From: Tequatrovirus LF73P3
Length of the DNA: 64,000 nucleotides
Strand: one strand, 5' to 3'
Sequence record: OZ035756.1
The notes below the pieces were generated by a model that worked only from the letters and a program-made list of their open reading frames with translations, was not told the DNA's origin and made no database searches. The position numbers and the translations under genes were made by a program. This document shows, piece by piece, positions 37,886 through 47,152 of the stretch (position 1 is its first letter; every line of letters starts with the position of its first letter).

Positions 37886-38421
37886 TTACTATTGCAACAG
37901 TGGTGCACAGTTTCAATATGAATATCGTAAATTTTATCCATATCAGGAGATTTAACAGGCTCATCAATTATATACAAAATTCGTGAAAGCGATAAACCTC
38001 TGAACTTGCTACCTCTATTTCCAACAAAACTACGGACAGAATCAGTAAATAAACGGAATCGAATATCATCACTAGAATAACGAGAAAATTCTTTTTTAAT
38101 GTGTCCCGCAGAAATTTTAGCGTAAGCTGAAGTATTAGAAAGAACAATAACTGTTCCACCGTCATACAACCAATTAGCGGCAAAATTAGTTACTGCAGCT
38201 GATTTACCGGATTGTCTGCCACCATCTAAACGAAGTGTACAATATTCTTTAAATAAATGCGACGAATCAGGTACATAAAATCCACTATTACAAATTTCTT
38301 CTACTCTAGCATCAGAATGGTGTGTAAAAGCATTCATCAGGGATAGATAAGGACCAGTTAAAAATGTTCTCATTTTATTCTCTCTAAATTTGGGCCATTC
38401 CATGGCGCATGAATTGTCCAT
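37831..38421 (-). CDS. P-loop protein (196 aa)
   Basis: Walker A-like GGRQSGKS. Confidence 0.45.
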   Translation of the reverse strand: MDNSCAMEWPKFRENKMRTFLTGPYLSLMNAFTHHSDARVEEICNSGFYVPDSSHLFKEYCTLRLDGGRQSGKSAAVTNFAANWLYDGGTVIVLSNTSAYAKISAGHIKKEFSRYSSDDIRFRLFTDSVRSFVGNRGSKFRGLSLSRILYIIDEPVKSPDMDKIYDIHIETVHHCCNSKCCIGGITRPQFFIIGMQ

Positions 38422-38550
38422 TTCTGTATTTACCCATTACCGCACTTGGGCTCGACCTTATTACAGGTTGGCGGGAATCCCTCATAGAATCATGAGGTCC
38501 AGCTTGTTCCCATGTTATTTGAATGTAAATAGGCCTAAGTATCGGACTTA

Positions 38551-39129
38551 TTAATTACCACGGGCTGCATTAGCAACGGCGTAAGCATACTGAACATTAG
38601 CGTCTTTAAACGTACCTTTAGAGGTATCTATTTCTGCCTTAAAGCCGCCTTTAGCCATAACATCAGCAAATTCTTTACGGAAAGCCATTGCATCAAGACC
38701 TTTCCATGATGATTTATGCTTGGCAAATTCAAGACCGGCGAAGTTGACAGCCTTAGCCAATTTATTGTCAATAACCCATTTACCAGCTTTAGGCACAAAC
38801 ACCGGGCCTTTCTGCTTAGAGAATAGTTTTAAATTCCAGCGACGAAGGTCACTGTCAGCTTTAACAAAAGCTGCGTCCAAGTTACTAGCAACAACATCTT
38901 GAATATGGCCAAATTTAAGCCCATCAACTTCAATATTTAGATCGGTACGCCAGCGAAGTCCTTCCCAAGCGAAGGCTTTAAAATCAGAAGCTTTTGTGGC
39001 TAGATATCGTTCAAGTGGAGCAGTTTTAGGGTCAAAGCCGTTTCCGCCACGATAAGTCCACTCGTCCTTATTAATGCCTTGAGCTTTTCCTGCAAAGGCC
39101 TCGGCGATAAATTCTTTATACGTTTTCAT
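38551..39129 (-). CDS. Internal-protein-like head protein with capsid targeting sequence (IPIII-sized, 192 aa)
   Basis: N-terminus MKTYKEFIAE matches the T4 internal-protein targeting consensus, with prohead protease-type site after FIAE. Confidence 0.6.
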   Translation of the reverse strand: MKTYKEFIAEAFAGKAQGINKDEWTYRGGNGFDPKTAPLERYLATKASDFKAFAWEGLRWRTDLNIEVDGLKFGHIQDVVASNLDAAFVKADSDLRRWNLKLFSKQKGPVFVPKAGKWVIDNKLAKAVNFAGLEFAKHKSSWKGLDAMAFRKEFADVMAKGGFKAEIDTSKGTFKDANVQYAYAVANAARGN

Positions 39130-39157
39130 GTGTTTCCTTGTTTGTTTTGATAGAGTA

Positions 39158-39190
39158 ATTATACCATATTAATACTTAAGCGTAAACTGT
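39158..39190 (-). promoter_or_regulatory. T4-type early promoter
   Basis: Minus strand GTTTAC-18 nt-TATAAT. Confidence 0.55.
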
Positions 39191-39418
39191 TTAAGCTTTA
39201 CCGCCAGAAATAATTCCGAAGTTGTTAAAATCGTATCCAATATCGTCAACATCTACTTTAGGGCTTGCTACAACATAAGCAATTTCACTACGTTTTGCAT
39301 AGGTGTTTATTTCTTTACCATTGCCGCCTAAGAAAGAATACCCATTACGTTTTAATGAGCCAAAATCTTCGGCATCACCAATGAAAGCTTTAACTTTAAA
39401 TTTGGGGGCCTTTGGCAT
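39191..39418 (-). CDS. Hypothetical protein (~75 aa)
   Basis: Track ORF 39191..39517 trimmed to internal Met to avoid overlap with denV. Confidence 0.3.
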   Translation of the reverse strand: MPKAPKFKVKAFIGDAEDFGSLKRNGYSFLGGNGKEINTYAKRSEIAYVVASPKVDVDDIGYDFNNFGIISGGKA

Positions 39419-39458
39419 CTGCTTCAGCGATAAATTCTTGATACATTTTAATTTTTCC

Positions 39459-39872
39459 TTAGTAAATTGATTTACCATAGTATTTGTACCAAGTAGGACG
39501 TTGAGCAATTTTTTCATCTAAGCGTGCTTGACTTATCGCAATGGACGCTTCGTCCGGGACATAATTATTACGAAATTCGGCAGGGATGTCGGAAATATCC
39601 TGGACAGTCGTGTCCTTGATTTTGAAACCACGTTTCAAGCATTCAGCGATTAGCTCGATTTGACGTAAACGTAAAAATTCGAGCTTGTCGTAAAAGAATG
39701 TTACGTGACCTGTGCCTAATATAAATGTTGGAGAGATTTTAAAATCCTTTACACATTTACCGTTTTGAACATGTTTACGGACTGCACCAAATACGCGTGG
39801 TAATTCACGATACTCTGCCATAAGATGTTGGTCGGTCAGTTCAGAAACAAGTGTTAAATTGATACGGGTCAT
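39459..39872 (-). CDS. denV: Endonuclease V (pyrimidine-dimer DNA glycosylase)
   Basis: [12 protein letters not shown]...[12 protein letters not shown]... closely matches T4 DenV as I recall it; start at MTRINL. Confidence 0.93.
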   Translation of the reverse strand: MTRINLTLVSELTDQHLMAEYRELPRVFGAVRKHVQNGKCVKDFKISPTFILGTGHVTFFYDKLEFLRLRQIELIAECLKRGFKIKDTTVQDISDIPAEFRNNYVPDEASIAISQARLDEKIAQRPTWYKYYGKSIY

Positions 39873-39898
39873 AATTTCCTCCAAGTAGTTGATGAATG

Positions 39899-39930
39899 TA
39901 TAGTATCAAAACCCTTGGAGGAAGTAAACA

Positions 39931-39931
<1 letters not shown>
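39899..39931 (-). promoter_or_regulatory. T4-type early promoter upstream of denV
   Basis: Minus strand GTTTAC-18 nt-TACTAT. Confidence 0.55.
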
Positions 39932-40733
<802 letters not shown>

Positions 40734-41189
40734 TTAAAAGAGGTTGTTCATTATTCGGTAAAGTGAAGGACCCATCACATATTGCCACTGAGTACGAGGA
40801 ATAAGAGCAAAAGCATCCATCTCTGGAATCATAACGCCATCTTTATTTTCAAAATAAGACTCGCAGCGGCAATTTCTAAACATCTCATGCTCTACTGGAA
40901 CCGTATAATAAAATAACTGTAAGTCTTTATTACTAGAATATTTAAATACACCTAGGTCTTCTAGAAGGTCTGGATTATAATTGCTAAAGCCAGTCTCTTC
41001 TAAGCATTCTCTTCGTGCTGCGTCTAGTGCGCTTAAATCAGAATTTTCTATACGGCCCTTTGGAATATCCCAGCGATGTGCCATCATTCCAGGTTTACGA
41101 GAACCGGTAACTCGTCCCATAAATAAATCTTTATCTTCTGTCATAAAGATAATACCAGCTGATAATGTTTTCATTTTAATTTCCTGCAT
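40734..41189 (-). CDS. nudE: Nudix hydrolase NudE
   Basis: Nudix box GRIENSDLSALDAARRECLEETGF (GX5EX7REUXEEXGU). Confidence 0.85.
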   Translation of the reverse strand: MQEIKMKTLSAGIIFMTEDKDLFMGRVTGSRKPGMMAHRWDIPKGRIENSDLSALDAARRECLEETGFSNYNPDLLEDLGVFKYSSNKDLQLFYYTVPVEHEMFRNCRCESYFENKDGVMIPEMDAFALIPRTQWQYVMGPSLYRIMNNLF

Positions 41190-41659
41190 TCAGTGATAAA
41201 ATTATTTAAATTTTGAGCATATTTCTTTTCATCAAAAATCTTTTGTTGTCTGCGCATCCGCCATGGCATTTCAATGAACATGTACCATATTCCTGATAAT
41301 ATTGATGCTGTAAAAATATTAACAAGTATGGTTAAAAGAATCCAATCTCCTATTCTGTCCATTGGATTTTTTATAAAAAAGTAAAATACGAATGATGACA
41401 CAGGAAGACTAATGATATACCACAGAATCATAATCTTATCTGTGAACCATTCAGCATTCGTTAACTTAGCACGACCATTATGAATACACACGAATTTATC
41501 ATCTGTTACAGTAGATGGCTTAACTGCTTGATATCCCATTCTAAACTCCCTAATTAATCGTTTCTTTGTATCTTCAGAACAGCCGCTCCAGTCAACTCTA
41601 TCAACTGAAATGCCATCGTCCCCATCATCTAAATCATACCAGCGAGTTTTTAAAATCAT
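41171..41659 (-). CDS. Membrane protein (162 aa), member of a three-gene paralog array
   Basis: Two TM helices; C-terminal tail KKYAQNLNNFITECRKLK shared with the next two ORFs. Confidence 0.45.
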   Translation of the reverse strand: MILKTRWYDLDDGDDGISVDRVDWSGCSEDTKKRLIREFRMGYQAVKPSTVTDDKFVCIHNGRAKLTNAEWFTDKIMILWYIISLPVSSFVFYFFIKNPMDRIGDWILLTILVNIFTASILSGIWYMFIEMPWRMRRQQKIFDEKKYAQNLNNFITECRKLK

Positions 41660-42030
41660 TTAATTTTCCTACAATCACTCACAAACTCTTCCATTGATTC
41701 TTTTTCAATATAAGACATATAGCTATTATATTCCTTTAATTGTATTTTGTAATTCTTTTTTCTTTGCCAATTTATTTTAAAATTATCATAATGAAAATAT
41801 AACATGGTACCAAAGAATGAAAATAATGAAATTGCTATAGTATAATGAAGTTCACTCCAAACTTCTATTATATCTACTATACCGCTGACGTTACTGCGGA
41901 TGTTTAAAATAAAACAGTCAATTAACAATCCAATAAAACTACCCGCAAGAGCTGCAGCCAATGCCACAGCAAAAATTAAAAATGACTCAGAAAAAGAATA
42001 TTTGACTTTATTTAGTCTTGGCTTTTGCAT
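41656..42030 (-). CDS. Membrane protein (124 aa), paralog array
   Basis: TM helices; C-terminal tail SYIEKESMEEFVSDCRKIK. Confidence 0.45.
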   Translation of the reverse strand: MQKPRLNKVKYSFSESFLIFAVALAAALAGSFIGLLIDCFILNIRSNVSGIVDIIEVWSELHYTIAISLFSFFGTMLYFHYDNFKINWQRKKNYKIQLKEYNSYMSYIEKESMEEFVSDCRKIK

Positions 42031-42425
42031 CGTGATTCCTTAACAAATTTCATAATTTCATTAAATTCATACTTAGCAAGTTTAATCTGGTGTTCCTTTT
42101 TAATCTTTTTACACTGGGCTTTCCAATCACGTACGCGTTTACGATAATGTCTTCCTTGATACCAGTATCCTACCCAATTTACGGGTACTAATAAAAGTGG
42201 AACTACCAATGGAAGAATTAGCATTAACACAAGTATTTCGCCAGAATCAATATCAGTCATAACATCTAAAACACCTCCAATAATCAATAGAATTACAAAT
42301 GATATAAGTATAACAGGACCTATTAATACATCGGTAGAAATTATCTGGTGCTTTGATTCATACTTCACAGGTTTACTTGGAAGGTATAGTGATGGCTTTG
42401 ACATATTCTCTACATTCCTTAACAA
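42012..42425 (-). CDS. Membrane protein (137 aa), paralog array
   Basis: TM helices; C-terminal tail AKYEFNEIMKFVKESRCK. Confidence 0.45.
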   Translation of the reverse strand: MLRNVENMSKPSLYLPSKPVKYESKHQIISTDVLIGPVILISFVILLIIGGVLDVMTDIDSGEILVLMLILPLVVPLLLVPVNWVGYWYQGRHYRKRVRDWKAQCKKIKKEHQIKLAKYEFNEIMKFVKESRCKSQD

Positions 42426-42987
42426 ATTTTTCTAATAATAAATCGCTTTCAAAATTGGGATTTTCCACGAATTTATCAAAAAGATCATCAACAATAGTTA
42501 AGATATTCTTTTTACTAAGAATACGCTTATTTTCATGCTTCGTTTCAGAATCAACTATAAGAGTAAAGAAATATTTCTTTCCCTGAAATTTTACCGTAGT
42601 ATCAATATAAAATAAATTTGACTTTTGTAAATTACGTTTAAACCATGCGTCACTTAAACTATAAACGCCAAGATAATCATAATCGTCATTTAAATAACAA
42701 ACTGTCCATTCAGGAGAAATGAAATCAGTAAATTCAACATCAAAATCACATGTCAATGAATGAATTGATTCAATACTTTTAATGAGTATTCCAGGACGTA
42801 TTAAAGACTTTTTACCTCTACAAAATCTTCCAGAAAGACTTTCATCAGTTTCATATGAAGACCCCCAATAATAATTACGTCCTTCTGCCATACGTTTAAG
42901 AGCATTTAGTAATTGGTCTGGAACATCAACCTGTCTTTGGAACTCTTCAAACATTGAATTGAAATCACTTTGCATTTTCATTTTCAT
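42373..42987 (-). CDS. Hypothetical protein (204 aa)
   Basis: ORF. Confidence 0.45.
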   Translation of the reverse strand: MKMKMQSDFNSMFEEFQRQVDVPDQLLNALKRMAEGRNYYWGSSYETDESLSGRFCRGKKSLIRPGILIKSIESIHSLTCDFDVEFTDFISPEWTVCYLNDDYDYLGVYSLSDAWFKRNLQKSNLFYIDTTVKFQGKKYFFTLIVDSETKHENKRILSKKNILTIVDDLFDKFVENPNFESDLLLEKFVKECREYVKAITIPSK

Positions 42988-43006
42988 TCCTATTTACTCC
43001 AAGTAA

Positions 43007-43024
43007 TAGGGGCCGAAGCCCCTT
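43007..43024 (-). terminator. Intercistronic GC hairpin (GGGGCUUCGGCCCC)
   Basis: Perfect hairpin with UUCG loop on minus strand. Confidence 0.45.
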
Positions 43025-43028
43025 ATCA

Positions 43029-43622
43029 TTATTTCAGAGAATTAATGTATTCCTGGACATCGGCAGAGGTAGTTTCAACCCCGGAAATATTACCGTTAAA
43101 GGTTTCAACTCGAGCAAGAGTATCTTCAATATCAACCTTAGTCAGCGCTGCAATTTCAACTACATCATCAGCAGTACTAATTCCAAGGGCATTTGCTGCG
43201 CGAGTTTCACGGATATATTCCAATTTAACTGCAAGTTCTTGCCGAGCATCATCTAACTCAACTACTTTCTTGGCGATTTCAATTCGCATTTCAGCATAAC
43301 CATCAGCTTTAGTAGTCAACTGTTCAGCTGTTCGACGATATAGCAAGCCGAGTTTAGCGTGCATTGTTACATCTTGACCTTCAGAAAGAAGTTTACGAAT
43401 TTCACGCTCTTTTGATTCGGCCTGTCGATTCTTTTCGATAACAAGTTCACGAATACGCTTTTCTTCATTAATAGATTTAACAGAAGCAGTTTTTAGATCT
43501 TTAATTTTATCAAGTAGTTTTGCTGCTGCAGCAGTATACTGTTCTTCAACAGATAAATTTTTAGCCATAGCAGAACCAAGTTTAGTGCGAATAAACTCAA
43601 CAATTTTCTTCAGTGTGTTCAT
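43029..43622 (-). CDS. Coiled-coil protein (197 aa), possibly PspA/IM30-like
   Basis: Long amphipathic helices with charge periodicity; resemblance to PspA is impressionistic. Confidence 0.35.
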   Translation of the reverse strand: MNTLKKIVEFIRTKLGSAMAKNLSVEEQYTAAAAKLLDKIKDLKTASVKSINEEKRIRELVIEKNRQAESKEREIRKLLSEGQDVTMHAKLGLLYRRTAEQLTTKADGYAEMRIEIAKKVVELDDARQELAVKLEYIRETRAANALGISTADDVVEIAALTKVDIEDTLARVETFNGNISGVETTSADVQEYINSLK

Positions 43623-43664
43623 AGTATTTCCTTAGGTTGATTAAAAATAAAATCTGTGGAAGAA

Positions 43665-44210
43665 TTATATCATACTATTTAAGAGATGTAAACTATTTTT
43701 AATTTTACAAATTCGTTCAGCTTCTTCAACAGCGGCGGCGATAATGCTTTTAGCTATAGGAGTATTAATACTAGTAGCTTTTACACTTAACACGATTTCT
43801 TTATCTTTACTAGGCCAACCCCACGATTTTTCACCATGAGTGCCTTTAATTACAGCAGACACCTCAAGTGAGCATCCATTATCACATGTTTTTACATTAA
43901 CAACCCAAGGATCACTTTTCTCAACCGGTTTATCAAACGGTTTATCCCAGTAAATATTAAGAATACGTGGGACATCAAATACAGCAGGACAAATCTTAAC
44001 TGTAAGACCTTCGCTTTCTAGCCAATTAATAAGAGGGCGTTCATACATGCGGCGATGTGGGCTTCGGACTCGACAAGCCTTGTGCCCATTGCTTGCGGCT
44101 TCACTAAGCTGTTCTAATACCTGCTTTTGCATTATTGATAAGATACCATCAAAAGATTTTTCGGAAGTTTCATTCAGTTCTGTATAAAGAGACATAACAG
44201 TTTTCCTCAA
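43665..44210 (-). CDS. Hypothetical protein (181 aa)
   Basis: ORF. Confidence 0.45.
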   Translation of the reverse strand: MRKTVMSLYTELNETSEKSFDGILSIMQKQVLEQLSEAASNGHKACRVRSPHRRMYERPLINWLESEGLTVKICPAVFDVPRILNIYWDKPFDKPVEKSDPWVVNVKTCDNGCSLEVSAVIKGTHGEKSWGWPSKDKEIVLSVKATSINTPIAKSIIAAAVEEAERICKIKNSLHLLNSMI

Positions 44211-44251
44211 GTTATAGGCTCATAATATCTCAATCATGAGCCTATGTAAAC

Positions 44252-44527
44252 TTATTTCATATTATTGAAATATTCTTCTGCGATTTCGTCGTTATCGTGG
44301 TAAACTTTAGAAGACAGTTTAACATAACCTTCTGCCGTGAACATATTAATCACAACCTTTACAGTATACCACTGACCGTCTTCATTACCCATTACTGCGT
44401 AAGTTTCAAACATCGGATGATCAGGACCGATAACTTTAATATCATTCACTGTACGACCGAAATCTTCTGAAACACATTTCATAAAGAAGTTGAACAGTTC
44501 GCCGTAATTATCCATTTTATTCTCCAA
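44252..44527 (-). CDS. Hypothetical protein (91 aa)
   Basis: ORF directly downstream of early promoter at ~44570. Confidence 0.45.
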   Translation of the reverse strand: MENKMDNYGELFNFFMKCVSEDFGRTVNDIKVIGPDHPMFETYAVMGNEDGQWYTVKVVINMFTAEGYVKLSSKVYHDNDEIAEEYFNNMK

Positions 44528-44557
44528 GTTGTTTTCTGTATCAGTAGTTGATAGTTG

Positions 44558-44590
44558 TATAGTACCATGGAAGAACAGGGATGTAAACCA
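44558..44590 (-). promoter_or_regulatory. T4-type early promoter
   Basis: Minus strand GTTTAC-18 nt-TACTAT; near-identical to the element at ~2090. Confidence 0.6.
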
Positions 44591-44715
44591 TTTTGTGAAA
44601 AAAATTTTTAAAAGTTTTAGGGAATTCTAGGGAGGGAAGGGGCGATTAAAGGATAGGATAATATATTATAAAGGGTAGAAACTAAATGATGCCTAGAGAG
44701 GTCCAGAAAGGTCTA

Positions 44716-44740
44716 GATACCAAAAAGCCCTATCATTTAG
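44716..44740 (-). terminator. Intrinsic terminator downstream of the 187-aa targeting-sequence gene
   Basis: Minus strand CCCUAUC-UAAAU-GAUAGGG followed by CUUUUU. Confidence 0.6.
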
Positions 44741-44754
44741 ATAGGGATTTAAAA

Positions 44755-45318
44755 TTATTTATCTAGTTTAGTTATTATAGCTTCGGCAGCAGCTTTTAGC
44801 TTAGATGCGGTGTTAATACGATTTTTAATTTCAGTATACGCATCGCCAAGAACGTCGAGGCTATCAGAATAAACACTTACACTATTGCGTTCGCTATTTG
44901 AAATAGAACCTTTAGTTTTACGATCAAAATCAGTGTACACGTCTTGAAGATCACGGGCTGCCTTCTTTGCATCATCCAATGCATCAAGAGCTTTATTCAA
45001 AGCATTAACGTATTTTTTAGTGTCGAACATATTCTTAGAAATTTTAACAGGTGCACGTTCAGGAGTAGCTAAGGCAGATTTAGGAACCTGAGCGCCTGAT
45101 GCTAATTTCTTAGAAATTTTGAAAAATGCTTTATTGAATTTATTTTCTTGACTCATCGTAAAAGAACTATTATCAATGTTATACATTTCAATAGCTTTAG
45201 CTTTCCACTTAAGAAAATCGCCACGGTCTTTTGGGTCCAATTGGAAGAATACTTTAGTAAGATCTGCTTCAGATGGTAATTTTGCTGCTTCGGTTAAAAA
45301 TTCGGCATAGGTTTTCAT
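44755..45318 (-). CDS. Additional internal-protein-like gene with capsid targeting sequence (187 aa)
   Basis: N-terminus MKTYAEFLTE|AAK carries the targeting consensus and a protease-type LTE site; bracketed by terminators at ~45412 and ~44716. Confidence 0.55.
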   Translation of the reverse strand: MKTYAEFLTEAAKLPSEADLTKVFFQLDPKDRGDFLKWKAKAIEMYNIDNSSFTMSQENKFNKAFFKISKKLASGAQVPKSALATPERAPVKISKNMFDTKKYVNALNKALDALDDAKKAARDLQDVYTDFDRKTKGSISNSERNSVSVYSDSLDVLGDAYTEIKNRINTASKLKAAAEAIITKLDK

Positions 45319-45411
45319 TTAAAATCCTTGAAATAATTTATCGGTTGGTTATTAATTATTTATTACTTTGTTATTATCCGTAACAGCATTCTCTATGTGA
45401 TTCAAACTAAA

Positions 45412-45440
45412 AAGCCCCAACCTTTCGGTCGGGGCTAAGC
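45412..45440 (-). terminator. Intrinsic terminator downstream of the stable-RNA region
   Basis: Minus strand CCCCGACC-GAAA-GGUUGGGG followed by CUUUUU. Confidence 0.7.
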
Positions 45441-45742
45441 CTTGCGGCAACCTTGTCGGGGTTCCACCTGCTAAGGCAAGTGTTTGTACGAAACGCCGGG
45501 ATTCGAACCCGGTTATTAAGCAGTTGACGCTACTCAATATTTTTAAAAGGCCATATCTCGACCATATCCGAACGTTCCGTCAAAAACGCTACTCGGCTTA
45601 CGGCAAAGATATTTCCTCGAATCGATAATTCGATGCGCCGTTTCTGCTGTGATAGTAAAGAATCAGAACACAGTAAAACTGTGGGAGAAACTATACTCCA
45701 GGGAACATCAGTCCGACGACTTACCGGTAGCGACCCGGTTTC
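45441..45742 (-). ncRNA. Structured small stable RNA region (candidate equivalents of T4 species 1/species 2 RNAs, rnaC/rnaD)
   Basis: No convincing ORF on the transcribed strand; tRNA-like T-arm (CCGGGTTCGAATCCCGG), several hairpins, repeated GAGTAGCGT motif; lies downstream of tRNA-Arg as in T4. Confidence 0.4.
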
Positions 45743-46093
45743 TTAATATTCTTTTAAAGCATCAATCTGTTCACGACGTTTACGCCATAAATCAATTGCT
45801 TCATACGCAGATTCAGCATTTCGAATTGGACGGCATTTATATAAAGACTTGTGATTTTGATATTGTGTAGATAATGGAATTTTATCTAAAAGGTCTTTAC
45901 GTTCAAAGTATTCGTAACCATCTAAACCAAATGAACGATTTTTGAGAAATTGCCAATGACCATATTCATTTTCGACATAAACATAATCCGCGTGTTGATA
46001 AAGCAAATTAATTACACGTTCAGAAATAACAGTGTCATTGTGATTAAAATAAAATGTTAAATCATGAACTACTAAATAAACATTACCTTTCAT
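45743..46093 (-). CDS. Hypothetical protein (116 aa) between tRNA-Arg and the stable-RNA region
   Basis: Good RBS (GAGGAAAAT-ATG) 17 nt downstream of tRNA-Arg 3' end. Confidence 0.5.
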   Translation of the reverse strand: MKGNVYLVVHDLTFYFNHNDTVISERVINLLYQHADYVYVENEYGHWQFLKNRSFGLDGYEYFERKDLLDKIPLSTQYQNHKSLYKCRPIRNAESAYEAIDLWRKRREQIDALKEY

Positions 46094-46109
46094 ATTTTCC
46101 TCACTTAAT

Positions 46110-46186
46110 TGGTCGAGGCAGTAGGGATCGAACCTACGACCTAGGACTTAGAAGGTCCTTGCTCTTCCTTCTGAGCTATGCCTCGT
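46110..46186 (-). tRNA. tRNA-Arg (anticodon UCU)
   Basis: Manual fold: acceptor CGAGGCA/UGCCUCG, anticodon loop CUUCUAA, T-arm GGUUCGAUCC, encoded CCA. Confidence 0.8.
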
Positions 46187-46188
46187 AG

Positions 46189-46854
46189 TTAAAATTTCAT
46201 TTTTCGACCTTTAAACCATCCTTCTGGAATTGGGTCAGTTTTCTTAATACGTTTAGAAACTTTTTCATCTAATGAATGAATCCACATCATACCAAATTGG
46301 GAATTCTTTTCACCTTTTTGGTGATTATTTTTAGCGTGAATTTCTTTCATTTTATTAATAGTTTCAAGAGTATGATGCTTATTTAAAAATCGGCTATTAT
46401 TTAAAAATTTTTCTTTGTATTCAGGAGTTGACCACAAACGTTTAAATACATTTGAACCATTTTTACGATATTTTTCTTGAAGTAAAATATCATTTTTAAA
46501 ACGTGACTTAAACGATTTAGCTCCTTTTAAACTAGCGTCTTTCTTCTGATTTAGCATCTCAGGAATATTTATATGATCCCATCCACCTTCACCGCCAAGT
46601 TTTAAATTATACACATCAGGTCTATTTAAAAACTCTTCTGTGACAATATTTTTCTCGGCTTCAAGCATAGATTCTTTATCGTCAAAATATTCTAATATTT
46701 CTTTAGAAAAATTTTCTATACCATACCTGTCTTGGGCTCTTTTTAATAATTTACCAGAACCCATATATCCATCATCTAAATTTTCGGTAGAATGCACACC
46801 AATATAAATTTTATTATTAATTTTATTTGTTATTTTATAAAGATAAAAATGCAT
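46189..46854 (-). CDS. segB: GIY-YIG homing endonuclease SegB
   Basis: GIY-YIG module (FYLYKITN...KIYIGVH); lies between tRNA-Arg and the main tRNA cluster as T4 segB does; start set at MHFYLYK to avoid overlapping the adjacent tRNA. Confidence 0.75.
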   Translation of the reverse strand: MHFYLYKITNKINNKIYIGVHSTENLDDGYMGSGKLLKRAQDRYGIENFSKEILEYFDDKESMLEAEKNIVTEEFLNRPDVYNLKLGGEGGWDHINIPEMLNQKKDASLKGAKSFKSRFKNDILLQEKYRKNGSNVFKRLWSTPEYKEKFLNNSRFLNKHHTLETINKMKEIHAKNNHQKGEKNSQFGMMWIHSLDEKVSKRIKKTDPIPEGWFKGRKMKF

Positions 46855-46900
46855 ATCAGTCCCTAATAAAGAACTGAGCGTCTCACGACGAGTCATAAAT

Positions 46901-46987
46901 TGGTGGGGAGTGATGGAGTCGAACCACCCGAGTCGCAATGACAATGGATTTACAGTCCACACCGCTACCTCTACGGGATAACTCCCC
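46901..46987 (-). tRNA. Type II tRNA-like gene, anticodon apparently GUA (Tyr)
   Basis: Manual fold: perfect acceptor GGGGAGU/ACUCCCC, anticodon loop CUGUAAA, long variable arm resembling E. coli tRNA-Tyr, T-arm GGUUCGACUCC, encoded CCA; D-arm pairing ambiguous. Confidence 0.55.
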
Positions 46988-46996
46988 TAATTAATT

Positions 46997-47073
46997 TGGT
47001 GACCCAGACCAGATTTGAACTGGTAACCTTTCCCTTATGAGGGGACTGCTGCTAACCATTGAGCTACAGGGCC
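46997..47073 (-). tRNA. tRNA-Ile (anticodon CAU)
   Basis: Anticodon loop CUCAUAA, T-arm ACCAGUUCAAAUCUGGU, encoded CCA; D-stem weak. Confidence 0.7.
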
Positions 47074-47074
47074 T

Positions 47075-47150
47075 TGGTGCTGATTGACGGAATCGAACCG
47101 CCGACATCCTCATTACAAGTGAGGCGCTCTACCTACTGAGCTAAATCAGC
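47075..47150 (-). tRNA. tRNA-Thr (anticodon UGU)
   Basis: Acceptor GCUGAUU/AAUCAGC, anticodon loop CUUGUAA, T-arm GGUUCGAUUCC, CCA. Confidence 0.85.
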
Positions 47151-47152
47151 AA

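Noticed and set aside
37968-38183. ORF 37968..38183 (71 aa) inside 37831..38421
   Set aside because: Nested alternative-frame ORF; the outer ORF carries a Walker A motif and is preferred.
45352-45870. Track ORFs 45352..45537 (minus, 61 aa) and 45649..45870 (plus, 73 aa)
   Set aside because: They lie over the structured stable-RNA region and its terminator, have no RBS, and have odd composition; most likely non-coding.
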